DNA of 61,856 nt, counting the filler, from Pirum gemmata (Eukaryota): the NCBI GenBank assembly GCA_002812295.1. It is 19 parts of 19 records of this genome, joined end to end, with 100 filler letters (N's around TTAATTAATTAA, not from the genome) between each part and the next. Parts side by side here need not be neighbours in the genome. Positions count along the whole stretch, not along the records: positions 48,836 to 51,653 come from PDIN01004458.1; positions 51,754 to 54,560 come from PDIN01004459.1; positions 54,661 to 57,456 come from PDIN01004460.1; positions 57,557 to 61,856 come from PDIN01004461.1; 15 more parts are not named here. The stretch is one strand, 5' to 3'. Positions 50,034-61,282 of this stretch are shown in pieces. The position numbers and the translations under genes are program-made. The notes beneath the pieces were generated by a model, which was not told where the DNA came from, ran no database searches, and saw nothing but the letters and a program-made list of their open reading frames with translations. How positions within the stretch are numbered: position 1 is the first letter of the stretch; each line of letters begins with the position of its first letter.

Positions 50034-50330
50034 GGGAGCGTTCAATAATTACGTAACGCCGATTTGGGACAAAAACCTACCCTACTACCCCCGTGTAACT
50101 GGCCTGTCACGTTTGAGAAGGACTACCTACCCCTTATGACGTAACGATTTGGAAAAAATAGTACCCTAAATTACCCCTCATGTTATATATATGAGGGTAT
50201 ATATAGAAGTATATATATATATATTTTTTTGCGTTATGTCATATTACGAAAACCTACCCCCCTACTGCNGTCACAAAAATCCGACCCCCCCTACCTACCC
50301 CCAAGCGTTACGTAATTATTGAACGCTCCC
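50034..50330. mobile_element. PIF/Harbinger-type MITE, perfect 26-bp TIR, TTA TSD
   Basis: TTA-GGGAGCGTTCAATAATTACGTAACGC ... GCGTTACGTAATTATTGAACGCTCCC-TTA. Confidence 0.9.
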
Positions 50331-50515
50331 TTACTAATAATATGGGTTCGGGTTCTTGGTTAAACAAATAAAATTGGCATACGAGATAATAATATTATAT
50401 TGATAATAATAATTATTAATTTCAGTAATTAATAATTATTAATTATAGTCAGCTGATTATAGACTTTATATATGTATTTTATATACAGTATTATTATGAT
50501 AAGACTAATGTAGAC

Positions 50516-50748
50516 AGTAGGGGTGAGATATCTACTGGAACTTTTTTCGAACAGATGCTTTTCGAGCCAACCTAAGATCCGTGTTTCTTACTAATAATAG
50601 AAGTTAAGTAGCTTAAAATAGTAAATCTAATTATAGTAGTTACCAATTAAAATAATAATATTAACATTAATAGTAATAAAAACCATAAAATCGAAAAAGT
50701 TCCGGCAGCTGTTCGGTAATAATAAAATGACGTCATCTCACCCCTACT
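50516..50748. mobile_element. MITE with 14-bp TIR and 8-bp TSD ATGTAGAC
   Basis: ATGTAGAC-AGTAGGGGTGAGAT ... ATCTCACCCCTACT-ATGTAGAC. Confidence 0.75.
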
Positions 50749-51823
50749 ATGTAGACCTACTAGCTAGCTAGTAGCTGCACTAGTTAGCTAGCTAGTACTA
50801 AGAGCTGTAGACTACTAATAAGTCTATTGTAGTGCTTTTCAGTTATTTTGTCGTCATGAAATATACAATAAATAGTACCAAATTAATACAATATAAGTCC
50901 ATTTTATTAAATTTGGTATATTTTATTATATATTTATTTATTTAAAAGTACCAGTTTAAATATTATAAACAACCAAATAAATATTCAGAGTCAGAGTGAC
51001 AAAATAAATGAAAAGCACGATATCAATATATTTTTTCATTATTAATTGACATACCATTTTTGGTAATATTTGATGACCACATGGTATGTAAAATTGATCA
51101 ATCCATTTTTGGTATTACTATTACTTTTTTAAGTAATATATTTTTTAAATACTTTTTTTCCTAGTATCATAGTACTATCATAGTAGACTCATAGTAGCTC
51201 ATAGTAGTCTCATAGTAGTCTTAGGAGAAGTCTGTAGACTACCACTAGTCTACTATTATTATCGATACTATCGATACTTTAGGTTTAGGGTTAGGGTTAG
51301 GGTTTAATAAGGTAAAATAGGGTTAGGACTACTTAGTACTAGACGGCCTAGGCCACACGTGACGGATTTAGGCTACTAGTCTAGACTATGTTTTTCATTT
51401 ATCTTGTCACTCCGAATATTTATTTGGTTGGTTATAGTATTGAAGTTGACATTTTTTAAAATTAATAAATAGATAATAAAATATACCAAATATAAAGAAA
51501 TGGATTTATTTGGTATTAATTTGGTATTCTTTATTTTATATTATATTATTACAATGACAAAACAACAGTTTTTTAACTTTTTATGATAAATCCCCGCCGG
51601 CACCATATATGGTAAAACATGTTACAAATTTCTTTTTTTGGTTATAATGCTTANNNNNNNNNNNNNNNNNNNNNNNNNNNNNNNNNNNNNNNNNNNNTTA
51701 ATTAATTAANNNNNNNNNNNNNNNNNNNNNNNNNNNNNNNNNNNNNNNNNNNNTAATATTAATAATATTAATAATAATAATAATAATAATAACAAAAACA
51801 ACAACAACAACAACAATAACAAC

Positions 51824-51862
<39 letters not shown>

Positions 51863-51867
51863 AATAA

Positions 51868-52449
51868 ATGTTAGGATTCAAAAACATTTACTTATCGGAG
51901 GATTTAGATTCCAAAATTCTGAATAGATTCCCGAAATTGGCCCCTAACCGTTATCTTTCTGATTATGATTTTTGGATATATTTTGATGCAAATCTTAATA
52001 GTTTTAATCTAACCCTAATTCACGAGTGGTTAGAATTAATGATAAAGGATGATCTTGAACACCTTTCTTTAGCCCATCATTTACGAAGTTCTACTGAAGA
52101 AGAACTAAAAACCTTAGAGTACGTACACATTTGCACCCACGATGACGTCCACAACTTGCGCGTATTTTTCCAGGAAGAAAATTATCTCGACAACTTAGGG
52201 TTAAGTCATAATGCTTTTATTATTCGAAGGAATACGCCCAATGTTGTGTTGGTGGGTGAAATATGGACTAAAACATTTTTGAACTTTGCCTGTAAAAGAG
52301 ATCAGGCGACTTTCGAATATAGTGTGTGGAAATCTGGGGTTAATTACGCGATGATAAACCCAGTCGGGTTTGATCCCAGAGTTTGTGTAGATGTTTGTTT
52401 ATTTAATATGTCTCAACACAAGAAATCAAGATTTTTGAAAATGAAATAA
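51868..52449 (+). CDS. DUF616 (TOD1/MUCI70-like glycosyltransferase-like) protein, probably 5' partial
   Basis: NRFPKLAPNRYL.DYD.WIYFDAN, HHLRSS..EE, FIIRRN and RDQATF.Y motifs. Confidence 0.75.
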   Translation: MLGFKNIYLSEDLDSKILNRFPKLAPNRYLSDYDFWIYFDANLNSFNLTLIHEWLELMIKDDLEHLSLAHHLRSSTEEELKTLEYVHICTHDDVHNLRVFFQEENYLDNLGLSHNAFIIRRNTPNVVLVGEIWTKTFLNFACKRDQATFEYSVWKSGVNYAMINPVGFDPRVCVDVCLFNMSQHKKSRFLKMK

Positions 52450-52464
52450 ATATAAAGTTTTTGG

Positions 52465-53575
52465 TAAAGAGATGGTCTACTATCCAATCTCCTTCCCTAC
52501 TTCAATGACGCCAATAGCTGCTAAACATCACCCTTGAAACCTAGAAAATAACCAGACTATCCATTTATATAGTATAATAAGTACTCGCAAGGGTCTCCCC
52601 CAAACAATGCCATGCTAGTAATTGTTTTACAGCTTGTAAAAGTGAGCTTTGAGTTTGTCTGTTAATGCCCTCTCAATCAGAATCTGATCACGTTAGATGG
52701 CACCAAGAGATGGTACCAAGAGATGGTCTACTATCCAACTTCCCACCCTCCTTTAATACGGCCAAACAACTGTCAAACAACTGCCAAACATTGCCCTCGA
52801 AACCTAGAAAATAACGGGACTATCCATATATAGTGTAATAGGTACCCACAAGGGTCCCAAACGGTACCAAGCTAGTAATTGTATCGTTATCGTTACATAA
52901 TCTAGCTTACAAAAGTGAGCTTAGAACTTGCCCGTTAATGCTCTTGTCAATCGGAATCTGATATATTCGATCACATAACCCTCAGAACCTTGGAAATAAC
53001 GGGAGTATTCATGTATAGCATAATAGGTACCCACAAGGGACCAAACGGTACCAAGCTAGTAATTGTATCGTTATCGTTACATGATCTAGCTTACAAAAGT
53101 GAGCTTTGAACTTGCCCGTTAATGCTCTGTCAATCGGAATCTGATATATTCGATCACATAGCCATCAGAACCTAGAAAATAACGGGAATAGCATACAAGG
53201 GTTCCGAATAATGCCACGTTAGTAATTGTTTCGTTAAATAATTCAGCCTACAAAAGTGAGCGCTTTGAGTTTGTGTGTTAATGCTCTCTCAATCGGAATC
53301 TGATATTTTTGATCACGTTAGATGGTACCAAGAGATACTCACTCTACTATTCAATCTTCCTCTGTTCGAAAAACTCGAAGTTGCAGATATTAGAACAACA
53401 TGCAGATTCGAAAACTTATTTATTAATTAAGTTCGAAAATGTTCAATTGGTACCAAAGAGATACTCACTCTACTATTCAATCTTCCTCTGTTCGAAAAAC
53501 TCGAAGTTGCAATTATTAGAACAACATGCAGATTCGAAAACTTATTTACTAAATAAGTTCGAAAGTGTTCAAACA
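52465..53575 (+). repeat. Tandem satellite-like array (~4 units of 180-240 bp) followed by a ~126-bp duplication
   Basis: AACCTAGAAAATAACGGGA...TAGTAATTGT...AAAAGTGAGC...CAATCGGAATCTGAT recurs; GGTACCAAGAGATACTCACTC... occurs twice. Confidence 0.85.
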
Positions 53576-53739
53576 TTGTTAAAAAGTGTAAAGCAATGCG
53601 CGAGTTTTTGTTAAAGAAATTGCCAAGAAAGAAATTGATACTTAAAAATGCGCAGACTACTAAAAAAAAGTTTTTGTTTCGAAAATTGCGCACGCAGCTA
53701 ATCAAAATAAAGAATAAGACTATCTTATTAAGAACCAAT

Positions 53740-54260
53740 TAGGGCAGTTTTTTTTTGCGTAGGGTATGGTTTTTTTTTAGGGCATGGCTTTTTTAGGGCA
53801 TGGTTTTTTTAGGGCATGGTTTTTTTTAGAACATGGTTTTTTTTTAGGGCATGGTTTTTTTTAGGGCTTGGTTTTTTTTAGGGCTTGGCTTTTTTTTAGG
53901 GCATGGTTTTTTTTTAGGGCATGTTTTTTTTTTTGCGTAGGGCAGGATTTTCTTGTTTGCGGCAGATTTTTTTGCTTCGAGGCACAAAAATACTAATAGA
54001 TGTCCCATTCATGGCATGGCTTTTTAAGTTTCGGCCATGAGCCTTTTTTTACTTTTTCTTGGTAGATAAGCACAAAAAAAAATCACTTGGGTTTTTTGGC
54101 GCGGTATACATAAACTATCAATTTTATATCTCACCAAAACAAAGTAAAAAAAGGCTCATGACCGAAACTAAAAAGTCATACGATGCCTGGAACATTTATT
54201 AGTGTTTTAAAAAAACTGCCCTAAACCAAAAAAATCCGTGCCGGAAACAAAAAAAAAGTT
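53740..54260. repeat. TAGGGCATGG(T)n tandem array plus inverted repeat; foldback/subterminal-repeat-like
   Basis: About 10 TAGGGC(A/T)TGG units. TTTCGGCCATGAGCCTTTTTTTACTTT is mirrored by AAAGTAAAAAAAGGCTCATGACCGAAAC. The same motif occurs at 5215-5285. Confidence 0.7.
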
Positions 54261-54385
54261 ATCATAGTAGATAGATATAAAATTCGAAGTTGAAGATTTT
54301 CGAACATAACAAGGATTATCGTTTTACTTTCGTGCTAACTCCACGGTTCGAGCTGTTTCTAATACGTGTATTATTGTTATTGTTC

Positions 54386-54424
<39 letters not shown>

Positions 54425-54800
54425 GTATTATTTGTAGGTAACTTGTAACAAGTAATGGTTATATCAGTATTAGCAAAAATTTCTTTAATCATCTGTTTAA
54501 CCTTATCCCAGTTTAAACCTGGGTATTAAGAATAAGAATAAGAATAAGAATAAGAATAAGNNNNNNNNNNNNNNNNNNNNNNNNNNNNNNNNNNNNNNNN
54601 NNNNTTAATTAATTAANNNNNNNNNNNNNNNNNNNNNNNNNNNNNNNNNNNNNNNNNNNNTAATAATAATAATAATAATAATTTTAATAATTACTAATAA
54701 GACATCATAAACGAATCACTTAATAACAAATTCTACGAGTTTCTACGTACACCTCGAAGATTTTTAGTACTACTAATAATTGATTACGATTTTACTCGAT

Positions 54801-57428
54801 TTAATCGATTTTTCTTCGCTTACGTGGATTATTTAATTCATCGAGCATTCTCTGAGCTAAAATAAAACCTTGACTAGCAGATTCATTGAACCAATAGATT
54901 GATGTTTGATTATTCGGTTCTAATATGTCTTTTATACCAATTTTATAAAAATTACCAATGTAGTATTGAGCAACATCAAGACCCTGTTTAGCAGCTTTTT
55001 CAAATAAAAAGAAAGCTTTGACTAAATCTTTCATTACCCCTCTACCGTAGTTATAACAATATCCCAAATATAATTGAGATTCTTTAAAATTTTGATCAGC
55101 AGATTTCCTATACCAATTGACAGCTATTTGGTAATTAATTTCCAGATTTCCTTTACCATAGTAGAAAATTAATCCCAACTTATGAGCAGTAGTAACAAAA
55201 CCATTATTAGCAGATTTCTCATAAAACTTAATGGCAGTTTCCAAATTTTGCGAAACACCATGACCGAGTTCATAACACACTCCTAAATTGTATTGAGCTT
55301 CTTTATAATTTTGCTTGGCAGCTTTTTCATAAAAGGAAATAGCTAGTTCTAAATTTTGGATTATTCCATCACGACCATAATAATATAAATTACCCAACCT
55401 GAATTGAGCTTTAGGTATATCATTCAATTTCTCATAACATTCGATAGCTTTTTTGAAATTTTGCGCTACACCATGACCGTAGTCATAACAATATCCCAAT
55501 CTGAACAGAGCTTCTTCATGATTTTGATTGGCGGCTTTCTTATAGTATTCAAATGCTGTTTGAAAATCATTTGTTCCATTATTATCATAACAAAGTCCTA
55601 AACTGTATTGGGCATCTTTGTGATTTTTAATGGCAGCTTTTTGAAACCAAAAGATCGCTGAACCAAAATCTTTTTTAGAATAATAATGTTGTCCTAAGAC
55701 ATATTGAGATTGTAAATGATTTTTAGTTGCAGATTTTTCGTACCATACAAGAGCTGTATCAAAATTAAGAGTATTATAACAATAACCTACCCAATATTCA
55801 GCATCTCTATAACCCTGGTCAGCAGCCTCTTTAAAGTACTTAAATGCTTCTACCGAATTTTTTGGAATACCTTCACCGTAATAATAACAAAGTCCTAAAC
55901 TATATTGAGCTTCTTTAAGACCTTTTTTGGACGCTTTAGTATACCAATAGACCGCTTTTTCCCAGTTTTGTTCAACCCCTTTACCTTTTTCATAACAAAA
56001 ACCTAAATTTAACTGGGCATATTTAAGACCTTGTTCTCCAGCTTTAATAAACCACTTTACAGCTTCTACGTAATTATTATTTTTAAGGAAATACTCTCCG
56101 TAACTATTTTGAGCCTTATCAAGCCCTTGCTCAGCAAGTTTTCCATACAATTCAACCGCTCTATCCGTATCTTGAGTTACTCCTTCCCCATAATAATAAC
56201 AATATGCAATCATATATTGAGCTTTATCGAACCCTTGTTTAACAGCTTTCTCGTACCATCTGAACGCTATTCCAAAATTTTGAGTTACTCCTTTACCTTT
56301 TCTATATCTATTACCCATTGAGTATTGACTTTGACCATGACCATTATTTGCAGATAAAGTTAAATAATACATACTTTTTTCCATATCTTTCGGTACACCT
56401 TGCCCGTGTTCAAAACATACCGCCAAAGTAAATTGAGCGTCGTACTGATTTTGATTAGCAGCTTTGGTATACAACTCGGCAGCTTTTTTCATATCTTTAG
56501 TTACTCCGTATCCATAATAATAACAATTACCTAAATAAAATTGAGCTTCTTCATTATTTTGGTTAGCAGATTTGGTATACAACTCGAAAGCTTTCTTCAT
56601 ATCTTGATTTACTTCTTTTTCTTCAAAATAACAATTTGCCAAAAAACATTGAGCTTTTGCATGATTTTGATTAGCAGCTTTGGTACACAACTCGACAGCT
56701 TTTTTCATATCTTGATTTACTCCATTCCCATAGTAATAACAACAAGCCAAACTATATTGAGCTTCTTTATGATTTTGCTCGGCCGCTTTTTCAAACCACT
56801 CCAACGCTTTTTTCATATATTTCGATACTCCTTTTTTGCTTACGTTACCATAAAAATAACAAATTCCCAACTGGAATTGAGCTTCTATATGGTTTTTATA
56901 AGCAGCTTTCTCATAAAACTCTACCGCTTTATTCCAACTGTAAAATACTCCTTGACTATAATAATAACAAAAACCCATTTTGTATTCAGCATCAACAAAC
57001 CCTTGATTAGCAGATTCTCTATAACTTTTAATTGCTTTTTTTAAATTTTTTGCAATTCCTTCACCATTTTCATAACAAACACCCAAACTATAATGAGCTT
57101 CTTTATGATTTTGACTAGCGGCTTTCTCAAAAAATTCGAACGCTTTTCCAAAATTTTGACTTACTCCTTTTCCATTTTGATAACAAAGTCCCAACTTAAA
57201 TTGAGCTTTACTGAACCTTTGTTTAGCGGCTTTCTCATACCATTCGAACGCTTTTCCGAAATCTTGAGTTACTCCTTTTCCCTCATAATAAAAAAGTCCA
57301 AGCTTACATTGAGCTTTATGTAACCCTTCATTAGCTGCTCTCTCATACGATTCGAATGCTTTTTCAAAATCTTGTCCATTTTCATAATGAATACCCAAAT
57401 TAAACAGAACATTACGATTCAAATCCAT
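54801..57428 (-). CDS. Sel1-like repeat protein (~23 repeats), intronless, C-terminal NLS-like PRKRRK
   Basis: 36-aa repeats AQxxLGxCYxxGxGVxQDxxKAxEWYxKAAxQ throughout 875 aa. Confidence 0.95.
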   Translation of the reverse strand: MDLNRNVLFNLGIHYENGQDFEKAFESYERAANEGLHKAQCKLGLFYYEGKGVTQDFGKAFEWYEKAAKQRFSKAQFKLGLCYQNGKGVSQNFGKAFEFFEKAASQNHKEAHYSLGVCYENGEGIAKNLKKAIKSYRESANQGFVDAEYKMGFCYYYSQGVFYSWNKAVEFYEKAAYKNHIEAQFQLGICYFYGNVSKKGVSKYMKKALEWFEKAAEQNHKEAQYSLACCYYYGNGVNQDMKKAVELCTKAANQNHAKAQCFLANCYFEEKEVNQDMKKAFELYTKSANQNNEEAQFYLGNCYYYGYGVTKDMKKAAELYTKAANQNQYDAQFTLAVCFEHGQGVPKDMEKSMYYLTLSANNGHGQSQYSMGNRYRKGKGVTQNFGIAFRWYEKAVKQGFDKAQYMIAYCYYYGEGVTQDTDRAVELYGKLAEQGLDKAQNSYGEYFLKNNNYVEAVKWFIKAGEQGLKYAQLNLGFCYEKGKGVEQNWEKAVYWYTKASKKGLKEAQYSLGLCYYYGEGIPKNSVEAFKYFKEAADQGYRDAEYWVGYCYNTLNFDTALVWYEKSATKNHLQSQYVLGQHYYSKKDFGSAIFWFQKAAIKNHKDAQYSLGLCYDNNGTNDFQTAFEYYKKAANQNHEEALFRLGYCYDYGHGVAQNFKKAIECYEKLNDIPKAQFRLGNLYYYGRDGIIQNLELAISFYEKAAKQNYKEAQYNLGVCYELGHGVSQNLETAIKFYEKSANNGFVTTAHKLGLIFYYGKGNLEINYQIAVNWYRKSADQNFKESQLYLGYCYNYGRGVMKDLVKAFFLFEKAAKQGLDVAQYYIGNFYKIGIKDILEPNNQTSIYWFNESASQGFILAQRMLDELNNPRKRRKID

Positions 57429-60019
57429 AATTAATAATTAATAATAATTAATAATANNNNNNNNNNNNNNNNNNNNNNNNNNNNNNNNNNNNNNNNNNNN
57501 TTAATTAATTAANNNNNNNNNNNNNNNNNNNNNNNNNNNNNNNNNNNNNNNNNNNNAAAAAAAAAAAAAAAAAAAAAAAAAAATTCAACACAAGCTTGGA
57601 TTTTTTTTTTTGAACTTGTGGTCCCAACACACCCAATTTATCCCAAATGGAGATCAGCATTCGTTTATATTTGGGCTAGAGCTAGCTTTTTTATCATACC
57701 GGTATGATTATACCCTCCAGCGCTTTTCATTTATTTTGTTATTGCGAATATTTATTTGGTTGGTTATAATTTTTTAATTGACATTTTTAAATGAATAAAT
57801 AAATAGTAAAATATATTAAATTAAATAAAATGATCTGTATTGTATTAATTTGGTACTCTTTATTGTATATTAATTTTTTATGATTACTAAACTGAAATCG
57901 ATAGTAGACTATAGCTAGTCTAGTAGGTCTAAGTGGTCCTAGCTAGAGTAAGCAAAGTGCCTATGATAGCTTATTTAGCTAGGATATCATAAACAGTAGA
58001 CCTCTACTGGTAGTATGCACTATGCAATGCTATGCATAGGCCAGGGGTCACCTAGCTAGGTCTTTCTTTTTCTATTGTGCTTTTCATTTATTTTGTCACT
58101 TTGAATATTTATTTGGTTGGTTATATTATTTATATTGACATTATTAAATGAATAAATAGATAATAAAATATACCAAATTGAATGAAATGGATTTATATAT
58201 TGGTACTATTTATTGTATATATTATGATGACAAAACGGGGTTGTGTTAGTTTATACAAACTTATTATGATATCACCATCGATACGAAGTAGACAATGCAG
58301 AAACCTCAGACTAGCTAGTTGTGGACCTGTGGTAGCACTGGTAGGCTATGATACAGAAAACTACAAAAACCACTCCCCGTCTGTGCGATCACAGTGGTTA
58401 ATTTTTTTGGATTTGTCCTTTAGTTATATTTTCTTTTTTAGGTTATATTTTTTATTATAAATTGTACACACATGTGCTATTGGTGTTTGTAGACTCATTG
58501 ACGTCATTCAAAAGGTGGTTTTCATTACTTTTTTATTGTTAAGTTTACATTGCACCAAAAAAAAACACAACATAATCATATGGTATTTATTATTGTTTAT
58601 CAAGTTAATAACTAGAAAAAACACAACTAAAAAAAAAAAAGAATAGTTGAAGGTTAAAATGAAAAAGTGAAAAAGATTACAATACCTAATCACATGTTGT
58701 TTTAAATTAATGTTAAAACGAGCTAATGTTTCAAATGGAAAAATTACCATATAATCATAAAGTTAACTAGAAAAACAAAATAAAAAAACAAAAAGAGAAA
58801 ATTAATAGTTGAAAATTAATGAAAAAGCTTAAGGGTATAGTATTCAGTTTAATTGCCGAATAGTGACCAATGTTAAGAAAAGAAATTAAGTTTTTTGGGT
58901 GCACTTAAGATTATTCACAGCCGTTTCAGATTAACAAACTAAAGGGTTAGGATTAGGGATTAGGATTGGGGTTGGGGTTGGGNAACTTCATGAAAGCGAC
59001 CACACCATAATCTTTAGACTGCACAAAAAGTCTCGGAAAAAAGTCTCAAAAAAAAAAAAGTCTCCAAAAATGCGGCACCTCTAGTATCATAGCTAGCTAG
59101 GTCTGATTTGAGTAGCTAGCTAGTCTAGCTACTAGCTAGCTAACTCTCTAAAAATACTACAAAAATAGACTAATGTCTTTGAAGGTTTCGCGATTAAAAT
59201 GAGACGTGGTAGACTTTCCAACGAAATGTAGACTTATTCCCAAGGATGCCAACACTGATCCGCATAGCAGTTACACATATGCAAGTTATAATAACAATCG
59301 AATAACTGAACAACAAAAAGCTATGTACTACATTTTAGCTATTGCCGTTTGTTATGGCTATCTGCACCCTTGTCGTAAAATGAGCTACGACCAGACCGTT
59401 TCATATGAGAATGGTTGCGATCGCTTTTAAGCCATATAAGCTGATTTGGAGTATAAAAATATAAAAGGTAGTTATGGTACTAATGCATAGGAAATTGAGT
59501 CGGTAGTGAATCTAAGACAACAAAGAAAGGATATAATAACTCTAAAATAATTAACTAGTTAAAAAGGTTAATAATAATCGAACCTAATTATGTCCCTTAG
59601 ATTTTATTTGGTAATTTGAATTTTAAAACAGTTGTTTTTCAATTTTTTTAAAAATTAATTAAATGTAAAAAACATTAATTTTCTCAAATTGTATCCATTT
59701 TACTAATAAATAATGATCGATAATTCGATAAATTACTAAGTTTAATTGTAATAGTTTTGTAGTTGATTTTGTGTTATCATAATATTATAAGGATATAAAA
59801 ATAATAATGTCAATATTTTTTATTTTTGAATTTTAATTAAGCTTTTTTATTATTTTAAAATTAATAAAAAAAATTTATAATTTAAAAATTAACAATATTA
59901 CATTTAGTTTGAAATAACCATTACAAATGAATTATTTTGTATCATATTATATTATATTATTATCATAAGTTGTTTAAAATTAATAAAAGTTTCCTGACCC
60001 CTAACACTTAACCTAACAC

Positions 60020-61282
60020 TTACTTACTACAGCCAGACCACCATTGATTACTAGCTATGCATCTATACCCAGTTGGACAACACTTTAGACCATTCCAATT
60101 CTGACCTCCACATTGATCGTAAGGTTTGTTGTTGCAATTTTGTTGTGGGGGTTTTGCGGCAGGTCTACTTGGTCTCCTAGGCGGTGGTGTGGGACTACTA
60201 GATTGTGGTGGTGTAGCAACATCATTTTGGCCACTTTGTTTTATATGGGTACCAACACTAATAGAAAAAACTTCATTAGAGTTAAACGCTTCACGGGGTA
60301 AGCAAGCATCGTTTCTGAAATAACGACTAGATCCTTTAAAATTTCCATCTTCAAATAAAGCAACAGAATAACCATTTTTAACTTTAAGGTATTTCATTTT
60401 ACCGTTAGCACCTAATTTAGCTTCTAATTGTTTGAAATCATAATCACCAACTTCAAAACCAACACCGTTTTCACTTGCACAATTATCAGTAATGATGATA
60501 GGAGCATTAACATTGCTTGGGGTACTTGGGGTACTTGGGGTACTTGGGGTACTTGGGGTACTTGGGCTTGTATTACCAGCTGGACCAAAAGTAGCGATGT
60601 CAGGACCAGCAACACGTGCATTTGGTCGTTCATTGCTTTGATAAGGGTTCCAATAATCACTCATGCGGCCAGACACGTGACCCATGATTTTATCGCGTCC
60701 AATGGTAGTCCAACCGGATTTCACTTCCGTCTTTTTATTATTAACAACTTTAATATCTGCACAATTAACGTACCATTCAATTTGTCGACCTTGTTCGTGA
60801 TGAGCTGACCATTCCCATCTTAACAGACATGAGTCACACTGTGGAATATCATCTGGTACTTGGAAGTTTAGTGTTTTATCCTTTGGGTACAAGTTACCAC
60901 TGTTAGTTGCTCCATCAACACAACCTGGCCAATTTTTAACCTTAAACCATTGATCTGGTGTATCGTTTGGACTGTTTTTTGGTGCCGAAATATACAAAGA
61001 ACAATCACCCGGATGGTTAGCTCGTAAGTCGACTCCAATTTGAAAGTTTTGGCCGGCTGTCATGGTTTCTACTACTTTGGATTGTTGACCTGCATTGTGA
61101 CATTTGGAAGTCTCTGGTGAAATACTATAAAACCGAGAAGACCACTGCCCTCCATCTTTCATATCGAATAAAGGGTTGTTGTAATAACCATTTTCTCTGG
61201 GGACTGGTTTAACCATAGCACCATGACCATATGCTAAAGCAATGGTCACAGAAAAGTATGTTAATGATGTTTTAGTAAGCAT
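60020..61282 (-). CDS. Secreted lytic polysaccharide monooxygenase + PST linker + beta/gamma-crystallin-like domain + CBM1
   Basis: 19-aa signal peptide then HGAMVKPVPR (His1), ANHPG, CDSCLLRWEW, EWYVNCADI. Crystallin-like GDY...LKVKNGYSVALFEDGNFKG. C-terminal QCGGQNWNGLKCC..GYRC...NQWWSGC (CBM1). Confidence 0.88.
   Translation of the reverse strand: MLTKTSLTYFSVTIALAYGHGAMVKPVPRENGYYNNPLFDMKDGGQWSSRFYSISPETSKCHNAGQQSKVVETMTAGQNFQIGVDLRANHPGDCSLYISAPKNSPNDTPDQWFKVKNWPGCVDGATNSGNLYPKDKTLNFQVPDDIPQCDSCLLRWEWSAHHEQGRQIEWYVNCADIKVVNNKKTEVKSGWTTIGRDKIMGHVSGRMSDYWNPYQSNERPNARVAGPDIATFGPAGNTSPSTPSTPSTPSTPSTPSNVNAPIIITDNCASENGVGFEVGDYDFKQLEAKLGANGKMKYLKVKNGYSVALFEDGNFKGSSRYFRNDACLPREAFNSNEVFSISVGTHIKQSGQNDVATPPQSSSPTPPPRRPSRPAAKPPQQNCNNKPYDQCGGQNWNGLKCCPTGYRCIASNQWWSGCSK

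Noticed and set aside
52465..53575. Possible CRISPR-like array (also 46375-46915, 47180-47690)
   Set aside because: The sequences between repeats are themselves homologous, the units are long and degenerate, there are no cas genes, and the context is eukaryotic.
51868..61282. DUF616, Sel1 and LPMO genes as a functional cluster
   Set aside because: They lie on different contigs separated by artificial linkers.
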